Origin: Candidatus Limnocylindria bacterium
GTDB taxonomy: Bacteria; Chloroflexota; Limnocylindria; P2-11E
Assembly (NCBI GenBank): GCA_036003765.1
Contig: DASYSC010000086.1
Coordinates: forward strand, 1,158 to 65,157
Direction of reading: 5' to 3'
DNA: 64,000 nt
The position numbers and the translations under genes are program-made. Shown here in pieces: positions 38,348 through 47,330 of this stretch. Below the pieces are notes generated by a model that saw nothing but the letters and a program-made list of their open reading frames with translations, did no database searches and had not been told where the DNA came from. The first letter of the stretch is position 1; the number at the start of each line of letters is the position of its first letter.

Positions 38348-38935
38348 GTGGCCACTCCCCAAACCGTGTCAAGTCCTGATTACGAGGAACCCGTCGGCGG
38401 GGCGCCCTTTTCGTGGCGCGCGATCCTCGAGATCGTGCAAGCGCTCGCTCTTGCGGTCGTCATCTCCGTCGTTCTCAACCTGTTCGTGGTGCAGGTGACC
38501 GAAGTGCGACAGCGATCGATGGAGCTGACCCTCGAGCAGAACGACCGCGTTCTCGTGAGCAAGCTCGACTACCGGTTCGGCGTTCCGCGGCGCGGCGACA
38601 TCATCGTGTTCAACCCGCCGACAGACTCGACGATCCCGTATGTCAAGCGCGTCATCGCGGTTGGCGGAGACAAGATCGATCTACGCGACGGCAAGGTCTA
38701 TGTGAACGGCAAGATCATCGAGTACGCGGAGACGCGCGGGCAGCCGACGACGCCGCAGGCGCCGCGGATCACATACCCGTTCACGGTGCCGCAGGGCGAG
38801 ATCTTCGTCCTGGGCGACAACCGGCAGTCCTCGTCGGACTCGCGCACGTTCGGTTCCGTGCCGGTGGGCAACATCATCGGCAAGGTGATCCTGCGGTTCT
38901 GGCCGTTCGACCGCCTCGTCTTCTTCGAGTGGTAA
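38348..38935 (+). CDS. lepB: Signal peptidase I
   Basis: Ser box RQRSMELTL, GDIIVFNPP, Lys box YVKRVIAVGGD, GDNRQSSSDSR. Confidence 0.9.
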   Translation: MATPQTVSSPDYEEPVGGAPFSWRAILEIVQALALAVVISVVLNLFVVQVTEVRQRSMELTLEQNDRVLVSKLDYRFGVPRRGDIIVFNPPTDSTIPYVKRVIAVGGDKIDLRDGKVYVNGKIIEYAETRGQPTTPQAPRITYPFTVPQGEIFVLGDNRQSSSDSRTFGSVPVGNIIGKVILRFWPFDRLVFFEW

Positions 38936-38942
38936 CGCCCAG

Positions 38943-39263
38943 CTAGCCGATCGGGCTCCCGAGCTCGGCATCGCGGTCGGGCTCGAGCAACACCACGCGG
39001 CCGTCCTCCTGCATCGCGCCCAGTGTCAGCACCTCGCTGTCGAATGTCGCGATGCGCCGCGGCGGGAAGTTCGTCACGCAGACCACCAGGCGACCCTCGA
39101 GCTCGGCTCTGTCATACCAGCGTCGCAAAGCCGCGGAAGACTTGCGGGTGCCGTGCGGTCCGAAATCGATCGTCAGCTTGTACGAGGGGTTGCGCGCCTC
39201 CGGAAAGTCCTCCACCGCGACGATGCGACCGACGCGCATCTCGATCTTCCGGAAGTCGTCCAT
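38943..39263 (-). CDS. tRNA-binding domain protein (CsaA/Trbp111-like)
   Basis: DDFRKIEMRVGRIVAVEDFPEARNPSYKLTIDFG...LEGRLVVCVTNFPPRRI. Internal ATG at 39263; the upstream part of the listed ORF is artefact. Confidence 0.75.
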   Translation of the reverse strand: MDDFRKIEMRVGRIVAVEDFPEARNPSYKLTIDFGPHGTRKSSAALRRWYDRAELEGRLVVCVTNFPPRRIATFDSEVLTLGAMQEDGRVVLLEPDRDAELGSPIG

Positions 39264-39317
39264 CGTGGCCGGCACGTTCGTATCATCGAGCGAGTGGCCG
39301 ATGTCTTCCACCGACCG

Positions 39318-39611
39318 GTGGGGTGGGAAATAGTCCCCGACGAGCGAACGTTCCGCGTGCAATGGGACGACGGGAAGGTCGCCGAGTACGACTGGGAGCC
39401 TCTCCGCCGCGCCTGTCCGTGCGCGTATTGCTCCGGTGAAGGGGCGTTTGCCGGGAACGTGAACGCCGACACGAAGTTCAGCGAGACACAGACGACCTTG
39501 AAGGAGGTGTACGCGGTGGGCCGCTACGGGCTGACGCCGGAGTGGGCGGACGGCCATGACACCGGCATCTACACCTTCAAGCTGTTGCGGCGCGCCGCGG
39601 GACTCGACTAG
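39318..39611 (+). CDS. DUF971 family protein (gamma-butyrobetaine-hydroxylase N-terminal-like Cys motif)
   Basis: FRVQWDDGKVAEYDWEPLRRACPCAYC...GRYGLTPEWADGHDTGIYTF. GTG at 39318. Confidence 0.65.
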   Translation: MGWEIVPDERTFRVQWDDGKVAEYDWEPLRRACPCAYCSGEGAFAGNVNADTKFSETQTTLKEVYAVGRYGLTPEWADGHDTGIYTFKLLRRAAGLD

Positions 39612-40213
39612 TGAAGTACTTCACGAAAAAGAGCGAGCTCCCCACGGAGATCGCCGCGCGCGTGCCTCCGGGCCAGTACCTCACCGAGAAGTGGCCCGTC
39701 CTCCACTACGGGTCGGTGCCGCGCTTCGATCCGAGGACTTGGGACTTCCGCGTCTTCGGCAAGGTCCTGAACGAGTTCAAGCTGAGCTGGGAAGAGTCCC
39801 GCAAACTGGCGGAGACCACCGTCGTCGCGGACATGCACTGCGTCACGACGTGGTCGCGCCTCGACCAGCGCTGGGAGGGGATCCCCTTCTCGAAGATCGT
39901 CGAGCTCGCGAAACCGTTGCCCGAAGCGAAGTTCGTGATCGCGCACAGCGAGCAGGGCTTCACCGCGAACATCCCCCTCGAGTTCTGCCTGCGCGACGAT
40001 TGCCTTATCGCGCTGCGCGCGAACGGCGAGCCTCTCACACCGGAACATGGGGCTCCCGCGCGGCTTGTCGTCCCTCGCCTCTACGCGTGGAAGAGTGCGA
40101 AGTGGTTGCGTGGCATCGAGTTCTCAGCGGTCGACAAGCCAGGCTTTTGGGAGCGCAATGGATATCACAACCGCGGCGACCCATGGAAACAGGAGAGGTA
40201 CTGGGGTGACTGA
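39611..40213 (+). CDS. Minimal sulfite-oxidase-family molybdopterin oxidoreductase, paralog B
   Basis: Colinear with 25495..26115 (DMHCVTTW, HGAPARLVVPRLYAWKSAKW, GDPWKQERY). GTG shares 1 nt with the DUF971 stop (TAGTG). Confidence 0.75.
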   Translation: MKYFTKKSELPTEIAARVPPGQYLTEKWPVLHYGSVPRFDPRTWDFRVFGKVLNEFKLSWEESRKLAETTVVADMHCVTTWSRLDQRWEGIPFSKIVELAKPLPEAKFVIAHSEQGFTANIPLEFCLRDDCLIALRANGEPLTPEHGAPARLVVPRLYAWKSAKWLRGIEFSAVDKPGFWERNGYHNRGDPWKQERYWGD

Positions 40214-40229
40214 CCGCGCAGCGCGTTAG

Positions 40230-40829
40230 CTAGCGCAGCTCCTGGACCGCTACCTTCCAGTCGCCGCGATCCGTGTTGATCTTCAGGAAGAACCTTCCGC
40301 TGCCGGACCAGAAGGTCGAATCGGCGCCGGCGTTTTGCGTGCCCACTGCCTCATACAGCAGCACCCGAGGCTCGACGGAATAGATGAAGACGTGAAGACT
40401 TCCCCCGCCTTTCGCGGGGCTGAAGATCCAGTCAACACGCCAGTGACCCGCCATGGTGAGCTCCTCCGTGTCCCGGCTGTCGCTTCCCTGCCAAACCTTC
40501 GTGACGGTCCAGCTCTTGCCGGCATCCGCGGGCGCGCTCTCAGCGATCAGTGTCGGCGCAGGTGCCGCCGGTCTGGCGGTCGCGACGACCGGGGCGATCA
40601 CCTGGCTCAGCTGGCTCGTGCTGGATCGGCCAAGCGAACCGCAGAGGTTCATCACGCTCGCCAGAACGATCACCGCGGTGACAGCGAGGGCGAGCTGCAT
40701 CCTGCTCGTCTGAGCACGCCACCATGCGGTCAGCCCTCGCCATGGTCTGGTCTCGAGCCAGCGCTCGAGCTCGAGCAGGACAAGCTCCAGGCCCGCGCGC
40801 TGACCGCCGGGGCTGCTGGTCGTCCTCAT
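40230..40829 (-). CDS. Hypothetical membrane-anchored protein with extracytoplasmic beta-rich domain
   Basis: Single TM MQLALAVTAVIVLASV, Ala/Pro linker and a C-terminal ~100 aa domain. Start uncertain. Confidence 0.5.
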   Translation of the reverse strand: MRTTSSPGGQRAGLELVLLELERWLETRPWRGLTAWWRAQTSRMQLALAVTAVIVLASVMNLCGSLGRSSTSQLSQVIAPVVATARPAAPAPTLIAESAPADAGKSWTVTKVWQGSDSRDTEELTMAGHWRVDWIFSPAKGGGSLHVFIYSVEPRVLLYEAVGTQNAGADSTFWSGSGRFFLKINTDRGDWKVAVQELR

Positions 40830-40948
40830 CGTCGTATGAACGCACAGATGTACGGGGCTTTAAATGAGTTGCCTTGGGGACGTACCGAGGTACGGGCCAG
40901 TAGTACGACCGGGGCCTCAGCAGACCACAGCGCCGGTAGGCGCGAGGA

Positions 40949-41629
40949 TTACTGGATGTTCGCCTCGGGAGCGTAGTTGGGGTCGGAGTAGTGCGACCGG
41001 ACGAACTGCACGACCTGTATCTGGTCGACACTCTGGAGCTTCAGCAGCCACCGCCAGGATGTGAGCGCGACCTTCGCGTCGCCGAGCGGCGGGTAGGGCT
41101 CGAGGATGATCTTCCGATAGGTACCGCCGGTCAGCGCTCGGACGATGCCCTTGAGCTGGTCCGTCTCAGCTTGCGTCAGGTTGTTGTAGGCAATGACGAT
41201 GCCGCCGTGCTCGAGGTTGTGGGTCGTGACCTCGTTCGGCAGCATCGCGTCCTTGATCCCCCACGGCGCGGGCGCTGCCGGTGCGCTCGACGACCAGTGC
41301 TCTCCCGACGTCGGCGGCACGCTGTTGTAGGTCGCCTTCTGGCCGACCGGGATGTGCGCGTTTCCCTGGTCTGGTTGAAGAGTGCCGATCGTCGTGCCCG
41401 CCGGCACCTGGAACTCCGACGAGTTCACGTCGAGCGCCTTGGCCGGCGGCTCGAACACGCCCGCCGCGCGAAGTCCGAGAACTCCCAGCACGATCGCGCC
41501 AAGGATCGCGCCGCCGATGAGGAGCTGATTTCCGAAGCCGCCGGACGAGCGGCGGCCATGCTGTTGTTGCTGGCGCTGCCGCTGACGCTTCCGCTTCTCG
41601 CGCCGGTCACGGCGCAGTTCGGTGGCCAT
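40949..41629 (-). CDS. DUF3105 domain protein (membrane-anchored)
   Basis: Basic N-terminus, TM LLIGGAILGAIVLGVLGL, then PPTSGEHW and HNLEHGGIVIAY motifs. Confidence 0.75.
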   Translation of the reverse strand: MATELRRDRREKRKRQRQRQQQQHGRRSSGGFGNQLLIGGAILGAIVLGVLGLRAAGVFEPPAKALDVNSSEFQVPAGTTIGTLQPDQGNAHIPVGQKATYNSVPPTSGEHWSSSAPAAPAPWGIKDAMLPNEVTTHNLEHGGIVIAYNNLTQAETDQLKGIVRALTGGTYRKIILEPYPPLGDAKVALTSWRWLLKLQSVDQIQVVQFVRSHYSDPNYAPEANIQ

Positions 41630-41664
41630 ACATAACCAGAATACCGACCTAAACTGACCTCGCC

Positions 41665-43107
41665 GTGAGCGTGCGTCTGCGCTTCGCTCCTTCCCCGACC
41701 GGTGCGCTCCACATCGGGAGCGTGCGCACGTTCCTCTACAACTACCTTTTCGCCCACCAGCGGGGCGGAACGTTCATCCTGCGGGTCGAGGACACCGACC
41801 GGGAGCGCCTCGTCCCGGGAGCGATCGACTCCGTCTACGAGGGTCTGCACTGGGTCGGCATCACCTGGGACGAGGGCCCGCGCGAGGGCGGCCCGCACGC
41901 GCCGTACGTCCAGTCCGAGCGGCTTCCCCTCTACCAGAAGCACGCTCAGGAGCTCGTCGACAAAGGCGCCGCGTACTACTGCTTCTGCTCGAAGGAACGC
42001 CTCGCCGCGCTGCGCGCGGAACAGGAGGCCCGCAAGGAGCTCACCCGCTACGACCGCCACTGCCGCAACATCCCGGTGGCCGAAGCGGCCGCGCGGGCGA
42101 TGACGGAATCGCACGTGGTCCGGCAGAAGGTCCCCGACGAGGGCACGCTCGCGATCGATGACCTCGTGCACGGTCGCATCGAGTGGCAGGCGAACACGAT
42201 CGAGGACCAGGTGCTCCTGAAGTCCGACGGTTTCCCGACCTACCACCTGGCGGTGGTCGTCGACGATCACGTGATGGGGATCACGCACATCATGCGGGGC
42301 GAGGAATGGATCGCATCCATCCCTAAGCACCTTCTGATCTTCCGCGCATTCGGCTGGGAGGTGCCGCCGATGGCGCATTTCCCGGACGTCCTCGGGCCGG
42401 ACGGAAAGAAGCTCTCAAAGCGCCACGGCGCCACCGCTGTGTCGCAGTTCAGGGACGATGGATATCTGCCCGAGGCGCTCATCAACTACCTCGCCCTCAT
42501 CGGCTGGGCGCCGGGGACCGAGGAGGAGATCTTCTCGATGGAAGACCTCATCCGTGTCTGGAAGCTCGAGCAAGTCCAGAGGGCTGGCGGCAAGTGGGAC
42601 AAGCAGCGACTCGATTACTTCAACGGTGTTTGGATACGCAGGCTCTCGGTCGACGAGCTGGTTCGCCGACTGCGGCCCTTCGTACCACCCGAGTGGGACG
42701 AGGCGATCCTCCGAAAGGTGACGCCGCTGATCCAGGAACGGATGAAGACGCTCAAGGACGCCAAAGACCTGATCGCCTTCCTCTTCACCGACACGCTGAC
42801 CTATGACGCGGCCCAGCTGATCCCGAAGAAGTACGACCGCCGGACGACGATCGAAGCGCTGGCCAAGGTCATCGTGGTGCTGCGTTACCTCGATCCGTTC
42901 ATTGCTGAGCGGATCGAGTCGGCGATCGAGGGAGTCGCCCAGGACATCGGGTGGACCGTTCGGGACCTCACGATCGCGATTCGGGTTGCGGTGACGGGCA
43001 CGAAGGTCGGTCCGCCGCTTTACGAGTCGATCGAGCTTCTGGGCAAGGAGAAGACCATCGCGCGGCTCGAGCGCGCTCAGGACCTTCTCGAAAGCGCGCA
43101 CGACTGA
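41665..43107 (+). CDS. gltX: Glutamate--tRNA ligase
   Basis: RFAPSPTGALHIGSVRT (HIGH) and KLSKRHG (KMSKS). Confidence 0.95.
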   Translation: MSVRLRFAPSPTGALHIGSVRTFLYNYLFAHQRGGTFILRVEDTDRERLVPGAIDSVYEGLHWVGITWDEGPREGGPHAPYVQSERLPLYQKHAQELVDKGAAYYCFCSKERLAALRAEQEARKELTRYDRHCRNIPVAEAAARAMTESHVVRQKVPDEGTLAIDDLVHGRIEWQANTIEDQVLLKSDGFPTYHLAVVVDDHVMGITHIMRGEEWIASIPKHLLIFRAFGWEVPPMAHFPDVLGPDGKKLSKRHGATAVSQFRDDGYLPEALINYLALIGWAPGTEEEIFSMEDLIRVWKLEQVQRAGGKWDKQRLDYFNGVWIRRLSVDELVRRLRPFVPPEWDEAILRKVTPLIQERMKTLKDAKDLIAFLFTDTLTYDAAQLIPKKYDRRTTIEALAKVIVVLRYLDPFIAERIESAIEGVAQDIGWTVRDLTIAIRVAVTGTKVGPPLYESIELLGKEKTIARLERAQDLLESAHD

Positions 43108-45077
43108 TGTCGCTGGCGCGTCGCGTCGGTCTCGGCTTCGCCTCACGCGGCAAGGTGTCGGACTGCGTCGCCTGGGCCGAGCGCGCGCGCGGCGCGGGCA
43201 TCGAGTCGGTTTGGTTCCACGACAGCTACTTCGAGCGCGACGCGGTCACCTACGCGAGCGCCGTCGCCTCGCAGGTGGATGAGATCGGCGTCGGCCTCGG
43301 CGCGCTCAACCCGTTCACGCGCCATCCGGTCCTCATCGCCATGACTGTGTCCTCGCTCGACGAGATGGCGCCCTCGCGCATCCGCCTCGGGCTGGGCTCG
43401 GCGCTGCCGCTGCGCCTGGGTCAGATGGGGATCCCCTACGCGCCTGATGACGCCGCCACACGCACGATCAGCACCATCGACACGCTGCACGCGCTCTGGA
43501 AGGGCGAGCGCCTGCCGCCCGGAAAGCCGGGCCTGCCGCCGCTCCAGCCGATGTTCCCGCCGGTGCACCGCGTACCTATCTATGTGGCCGGCTACCGCTC
43601 GCCGATCATGGTCGTGGCCGGCACCCACGGCGACGGCTACCTGGCGCGCCCGGCGGAGTCGATCCCGGGCCTGGGGAAGCTCCTCCGAGTGATGCGCCGC
43701 GCCGCGAAGGAAGCGGGCCGCGACCCCCAGTCGATCGACGTCGCGGGCTATCTGCTGACGTTCGTCGACGAGACCAGGCGCGACGCGCTCAACCGCGCGA
43801 AGCGCGACCCGTTCGTGATCTACATGATGTCGATCCTTTCGGACGTGACGCTCCGGCGCGCCGGCTTCGAGCCCGAGAACCGGGACCGCATCGCGGCGAA
43901 GTGGCGCGCCGAGGACTACACCGGCGCGGGCGCGCTCATCGCCGACGAGCTCCTGGACGCCTACATCCTCTGCGGCACGCGGCGCGAGGTCGCGGAGCGC
44001 GCGCACGCCTACCACGAGGCCGGCATGTCGCTGCCCCTGCTGCAGCCGGTCGTCCAGGAGGAGGCGCAGGTCGCCGCGCTGCTCGAGGCCGCCGTCCTGT
44101 ACGGATCCGCTGAAGTCGGCTCGGCGGCGCGCGTGTCGCTCGAGGCGCAGCGCAAGACGTTCGCCCAGAACGCGCGCGATCGCATCGGCGGCCTGTGGGA
44201 AATCGCGCGGCCGTTCTCGTTCACCGCTTCGACGGTCCCCGTGGCGGCCGGCGGGGCGCTCGCCGCCCTGGCCGGGGCGTTCGATCCTTTGCTTTTCCTC
44301 GCGACGCTCGTCGGCGCGGTCGCGCTGCACGTCGGCACGAACGTCACGAACGAGATCTACGACGTGCGCAAAGGCGTCGACACCATCGTCTCGCCGCGCG
44401 CGAGCCACGCGATCGTGAAGGGACGCATCAGCGAACGAGCCGCGTACCGCTTCGCGATCGCCGCGTTCGCGGTCGCGGTGCTCGTCGGCCTCTACCTCAC
44501 GAGTGTGCGTGGCTGGCCGATCGTCGCCCTCGGCATCGTCGGCCTCATCGGTGGATACACCTACACGGCCCCGCCGTTCCAGTACAAGTTCGGGCCGGTC
44601 GGCATCCCGCTGGTGTTCCTGCTGATGGGGCCGCTCATGGTCATCGGTTCCTTCTACGCGGTGAGCGGGCTCTTCGACCTGCGCGCGGTGGCGGCGAGCA
44701 TTCCGGTTGGCCTGCTCGTTGCCGCGATCCTGCATGGCAACGAGTGGCGGGACATCAGCGAGGACGCCCGCGCAGGTGCGGCGACGTTCTCGGTGCGCGC
44801 GGGCCGGAGCGCGGCGCACTGGTTGTATGTCGCCCTCGTCGTCGGCGCGTATCTCGCGCTCTCGGCGGGCGTCGTGTTCGGGCTCCTACCGACCTGGACT
44901 CTCCTCGCGATGCTGTCGTTGCCGCTCCTCGTGCGTCAGATCCGCTCGTCCGAGCTCGGCGCGACCGGTCAGCAGCGCGCCATCGCGATGATCGACCTCG
45001 AGACCGCCCAGCTGCACGCCGCGTTCGGCTTCCTCCTCGTCGCCGGTCTGATCCTCGCCGCGCTGCTCGCCCGCTGA
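43107..45077 (+). CDS. Fusion protein: LLM-class flavin/F420 oxidoreductase (N) plus MenA/UbiA-type polyprenyltransferase (C)
   Basis: aa 1 to ~340 is LLM-like (VWFHDSYFERD, GLGALNPFTRHPVLIAMT, RIRLGLGSA). aa ~355-656 has about 8 TM helices with NVTNEIYDVRKGVD and NEWRDISEDARAGAATFSV Asp-rich motifs. One uninterrupted frame; ATG shares 1 nt with the gltX stop. Confidence 0.75.
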   Translation: MSLARRVGLGFASRGKVSDCVAWAERARGAGIESVWFHDSYFERDAVTYASAVASQVDEIGVGLGALNPFTRHPVLIAMTVSSLDEMAPSRIRLGLGSALPLRLGQMGIPYAPDDAATRTISTIDTLHALWKGERLPPGKPGLPPLQPMFPPVHRVPIYVAGYRSPIMVVAGTHGDGYLARPAESIPGLGKLLRVMRRAAKEAGRDPQSIDVAGYLLTFVDETRRDALNRAKRDPFVIYMMSILSDVTLRRAGFEPENRDRIAAKWRAEDYTGAGALIADELLDAYILCGTRREVAERAHAYHEAGMSLPLLQPVVQEEAQVAALLEAAVLYGSAEVGSAARVSLEAQRKTFAQNARDRIGGLWEIARPFSFTASTVPVAAGGALAALAGAFDPLLFLATLVGAVALHVGTNVTNEIYDVRKGVDTIVSPRASHAIVKGRISERAAYRFAIAAFAVAVLVGLYLTSVRGWPIVALGIVGLIGGYTYTAPPFQYKFGPVGIPLVFLLMGPLMVIGSFYAVSGLFDLRAVAASIPVGLLVAAILHGNEWRDISEDARAGAATFSVRAGRSAAHWLYVALVVGAYLALSAGVVFGLLPTWTLLAMLSLPLLVRQIRSSELGATGQQRAIAMIDLETAQLHAAFGFLLVAGLILAALLAR

Positions 45078-45084
45078 GCGCCCC

Positions 45085-45756
45085 GTGAGGCTGCTCGCCC
45101 TCGGCGTCGCCGCCGCCTACGCGGCGTTCGGCCTCACCTTTCGCGGGCCGCGCGAGCGCTTCTGGGATCGCATGACCGCGACTGGGCTCGCGCTCGGTGG
45201 TCTCGCGCTCGCGACCGATCGGAGCGCGCGGCGGACGCGCATCGGACCGCGCGAGGCCGTGCTCGGGCTCGCGGCGGCCGCCGGTCTCTACGGCGTCTTC
45301 CGCGCCGGCGACGCGATCGCGCGGCAGATGATGCCCCGCGGAAACGAGGAGATCGGGGATATCTACGCCTTACGGTCCCTGAGACCGAAGGAAGAGCTGG
45401 CGGCGCGCCTCGCGCTCGCCATCGGTCCGGCCGAGGAACTCTTCTGGCGAGGGTTCGTGCAATCGCGCGCCGGATACGTGACCTCGACGCTTCTCTACGG
45501 CGGCGCGCACGTGGTCACGGAGAACGCCACGCTCCTGGGCGCGGCGACGATCGCCGGCGCGTACTGGGGTCTGCTGCGCGCGCTCGGCATGCCGCTCGGC
45601 GCGCTCGTCGTCAGCCACGTGGCATGGGACATCTGGATCTTCCTCATCGCGCCCACGGAGGCGCAGCAGCGCCAGCACGATCTGCCCGCTCCCCGCGAGG
45701 CGAACAAGGAGCTCGACGTTCACGACGACGAGTCGGGCACCGCGTGGAAGGACTAG
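45085..45756 (+). CDS. CPBP-family intramembrane glutamic endopeptidase (CAAX protease/Abi)
   Basis: EELFWRGF (EExxxR), LYGGAHV, SHVAWDI (HxxxD). GTG start 8 nt after the fusion gene's stop. Confidence 0.75.
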   Translation: MRLLALGVAAAYAAFGLTFRGPRERFWDRMTATGLALGGLALATDRSARRTRIGPREAVLGLAAAAGLYGVFRAGDAIARQMMPRGNEEIGDIYALRSLRPKEELAARLALAIGPAEELFWRGFVQSRAGYVTSTLLYGGAHVVTENATLLGAATIAGAYWGLLRALGMPLGALVVSHVAWDIWIFLIAPTEAQQRQHDLPAPREANKELDVHDDESGTAWKD

Positions 45757-45763
45757 AGCGGAG

Positions 45764-45916
45764 TCATACCTTTCGGTCGCGCGTCTGGTGCGCGCGCTGG
45801 CGCTCCGGGCAGCACTTGCAATGTGGATCGGGCCAGGTCAGCCAGACGACGAGCGCGAGCCACCCCGCGAGAAGTCCGACGCTAAACGCGAGGTCGCTGG
45901 ACATGCCGGCGGTCAT
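45764..45916 (-). CDS. Candidate 50-aa membrane peptide with CxCC motif
   Basis: MTAGMSSDLAFSVGLLAGWLALVVWLTWPDPHCKCCPERQRAHQTRDRKV. Below the ORF-track cutoff. GC-rich third positions, one TM helix and a basic tail. Confidence 0.35.
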   Translation of the reverse strand: MTAGMSSDLAFSVGLLAGWLALVVWLTWPDPHCKCCPERQRAHQTRDRKV

Positions 45917-45942
45917 GGCATCACGCGTGCCAGCATGGCCCG

Positions 45943-46797
45943 GTGCAGCGCGATCTCCGCGTCAACGGCGTCCGACTCCACTGCGTCCTCGAAGGGAAGG
46001 GCCCGCTCGTCCTCCTCCTCCACGGGTTCCCGCAGAGCTCGTACGCCTGGCGCAAGCAGGTCCCCGCGCTCGCCGGGCGATTCCGGGTCGTCGCGCCAGA
46101 CCTACGCGGATACGCCGACAGCGACAAGCCGCCCGGGGTGTCCGATTACCGGATGCCGGTCCTTGTCGATGACATCGTCGGAGTCATTGAGCAACTCGGC
46201 GAGGAGCGGGCGCACATCGTCGGTCACGATTGGGGCGGAGCGATCGCCTGGGCGACGGCTCAGACGCGGCCGGACGCCGTCGGCCGCCTCGCGGTGCTCA
46301 ACTGCCCACACCCTGCGCCGTTCCGGCGGGCTCTCCGCTCCTGGTCCCCCCAGCTCCTCCGGAGTTGGTACATCTTCTTTTTCCAGCTGCCCGAGATCCC
46401 AGAATTCTTCCTGCTCCGCGACCGCGCCGCGTTCCTCGAGCGGTCGCTCCGCGGAAACGCGATCCGCCCCGAGACCTTCAGCGAGGAGGACATCCTTGAG
46501 TACCGCCGCGCGCTCTCCGTCCCGGGTGCCGCGACGGCAACGCTCAACTATTACCGCGCGGTGTTCCGCGACGCGCTGACCCGAAGGACGTCCGACGCGT
46601 CGACGACCATCCAGGCGCCGACACTGCTGATCTGGGCAGAGAATGACTTCGCGCTCGGCAAGGAGCTCACAAATGACATGGAGGGGCTCTTCGCGAGCGA
46701 CTTCCGCATCGAATACGTCCCGAACACGAGCCACTGGGTCATGGAAGAGCGTCCCGAGCTCGTGAACCGTCTGCTCATGGACTTCCTTAGGGCATGA
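45943..46797 (+). CDS. Alpha/beta hydrolase (epoxide-hydrolase/haloalkane-dehalogenase-like)
   Basis: LLLHGFPQSSYAWRKQ, nucleophile elbow VGHDWGG, C-terminal NTSHWVMEERP. Confidence 0.85.
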   Translation: MQRDLRVNGVRLHCVLEGKGPLVLLLHGFPQSSYAWRKQVPALAGRFRVVAPDLRGYADSDKPPGVSDYRMPVLVDDIVGVIEQLGEERAHIVGHDWGGAIAWATAQTRPDAVGRLAVLNCPHPAPFRRALRSWSPQLLRSWYIFFFQLPEIPEFFLLRDRAAFLERSLRGNAIRPETFSEEDILEYRRALSVPGAATATLNYYRAVFRDALTRRTSDASTTIQAPTLLIWAENDFALGKELTNDMEGLFASDFRIEYVPNTSHWVMEERPELVNRLLMDFLRA

Positions 46798-47330
46798 GGA
46801 TCGAGATCCGGCAAGGGGACATCTCCGACCAGCCGGACCTGGACGCGGTCGTGAACGCCGCCAACACCGAACTCTGGATGGGCTCAGGCGTCGCGGGCGC
46901 GCTCAAGCGGCGCGGCGGAGAGGCCGTCGAGCGCGAGGCGGTTGGTCAGGGACCGATCGCCCTGGGCGACGCGGTCCGGACCTCGGCGGGCGCGCTGCCG
47001 AACCACCACGTCATCCACGCCGCGGCGATGAGTTACCGCGCGGAGGACGAGCCCGTGCCGAAGCGCGCGGGCTCGCGTTCCAGCGCCGACATCATCCGGC
47101 GCGCGACCCTCCGCTCGCTGGCGCTGGCCGAGGAGGCGGGCGACCGCAGCATCGGCTTCCCCGCGCTCGCGACCGGGGTCGGCGGCTTCCCGATCGCCGA
47201 GTGCGCGGAGGTGATGATCGCGTCCGCGCACGACTACGCGCGCGACCATCCGAAGGCGACGCTCGAGCTGGTCGCCTTCGTGGTTCGGAGCGACGAGGAT
47301 CGGCGGGCCTTCGAGCGGGAGCTTCGCTAG
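46794..47330 (+). CDS. Macro domain protein (ADP-ribose binding/hydrolase type)
   Basis: DAVVNAANTEL..GSGVAGAL...VIHAAAM...GFPALATGVGGFP. ATGA overlap with the hydrolase. Confidence 0.8.
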   Translation: MRIEIRQGDISDQPDLDAVVNAANTELWMGSGVAGALKRRGGEAVEREAVGQGPIALGDAVRTSAGALPNHHVIHAAAMSYRAEDEPVPKRAGSRSSADIIRRATLRSLALAEEAGDRSIGFPALATGVGGFPIAECAEVMIASAHDYARDHPKATLELVAFVVRSDEDRRAFERELR

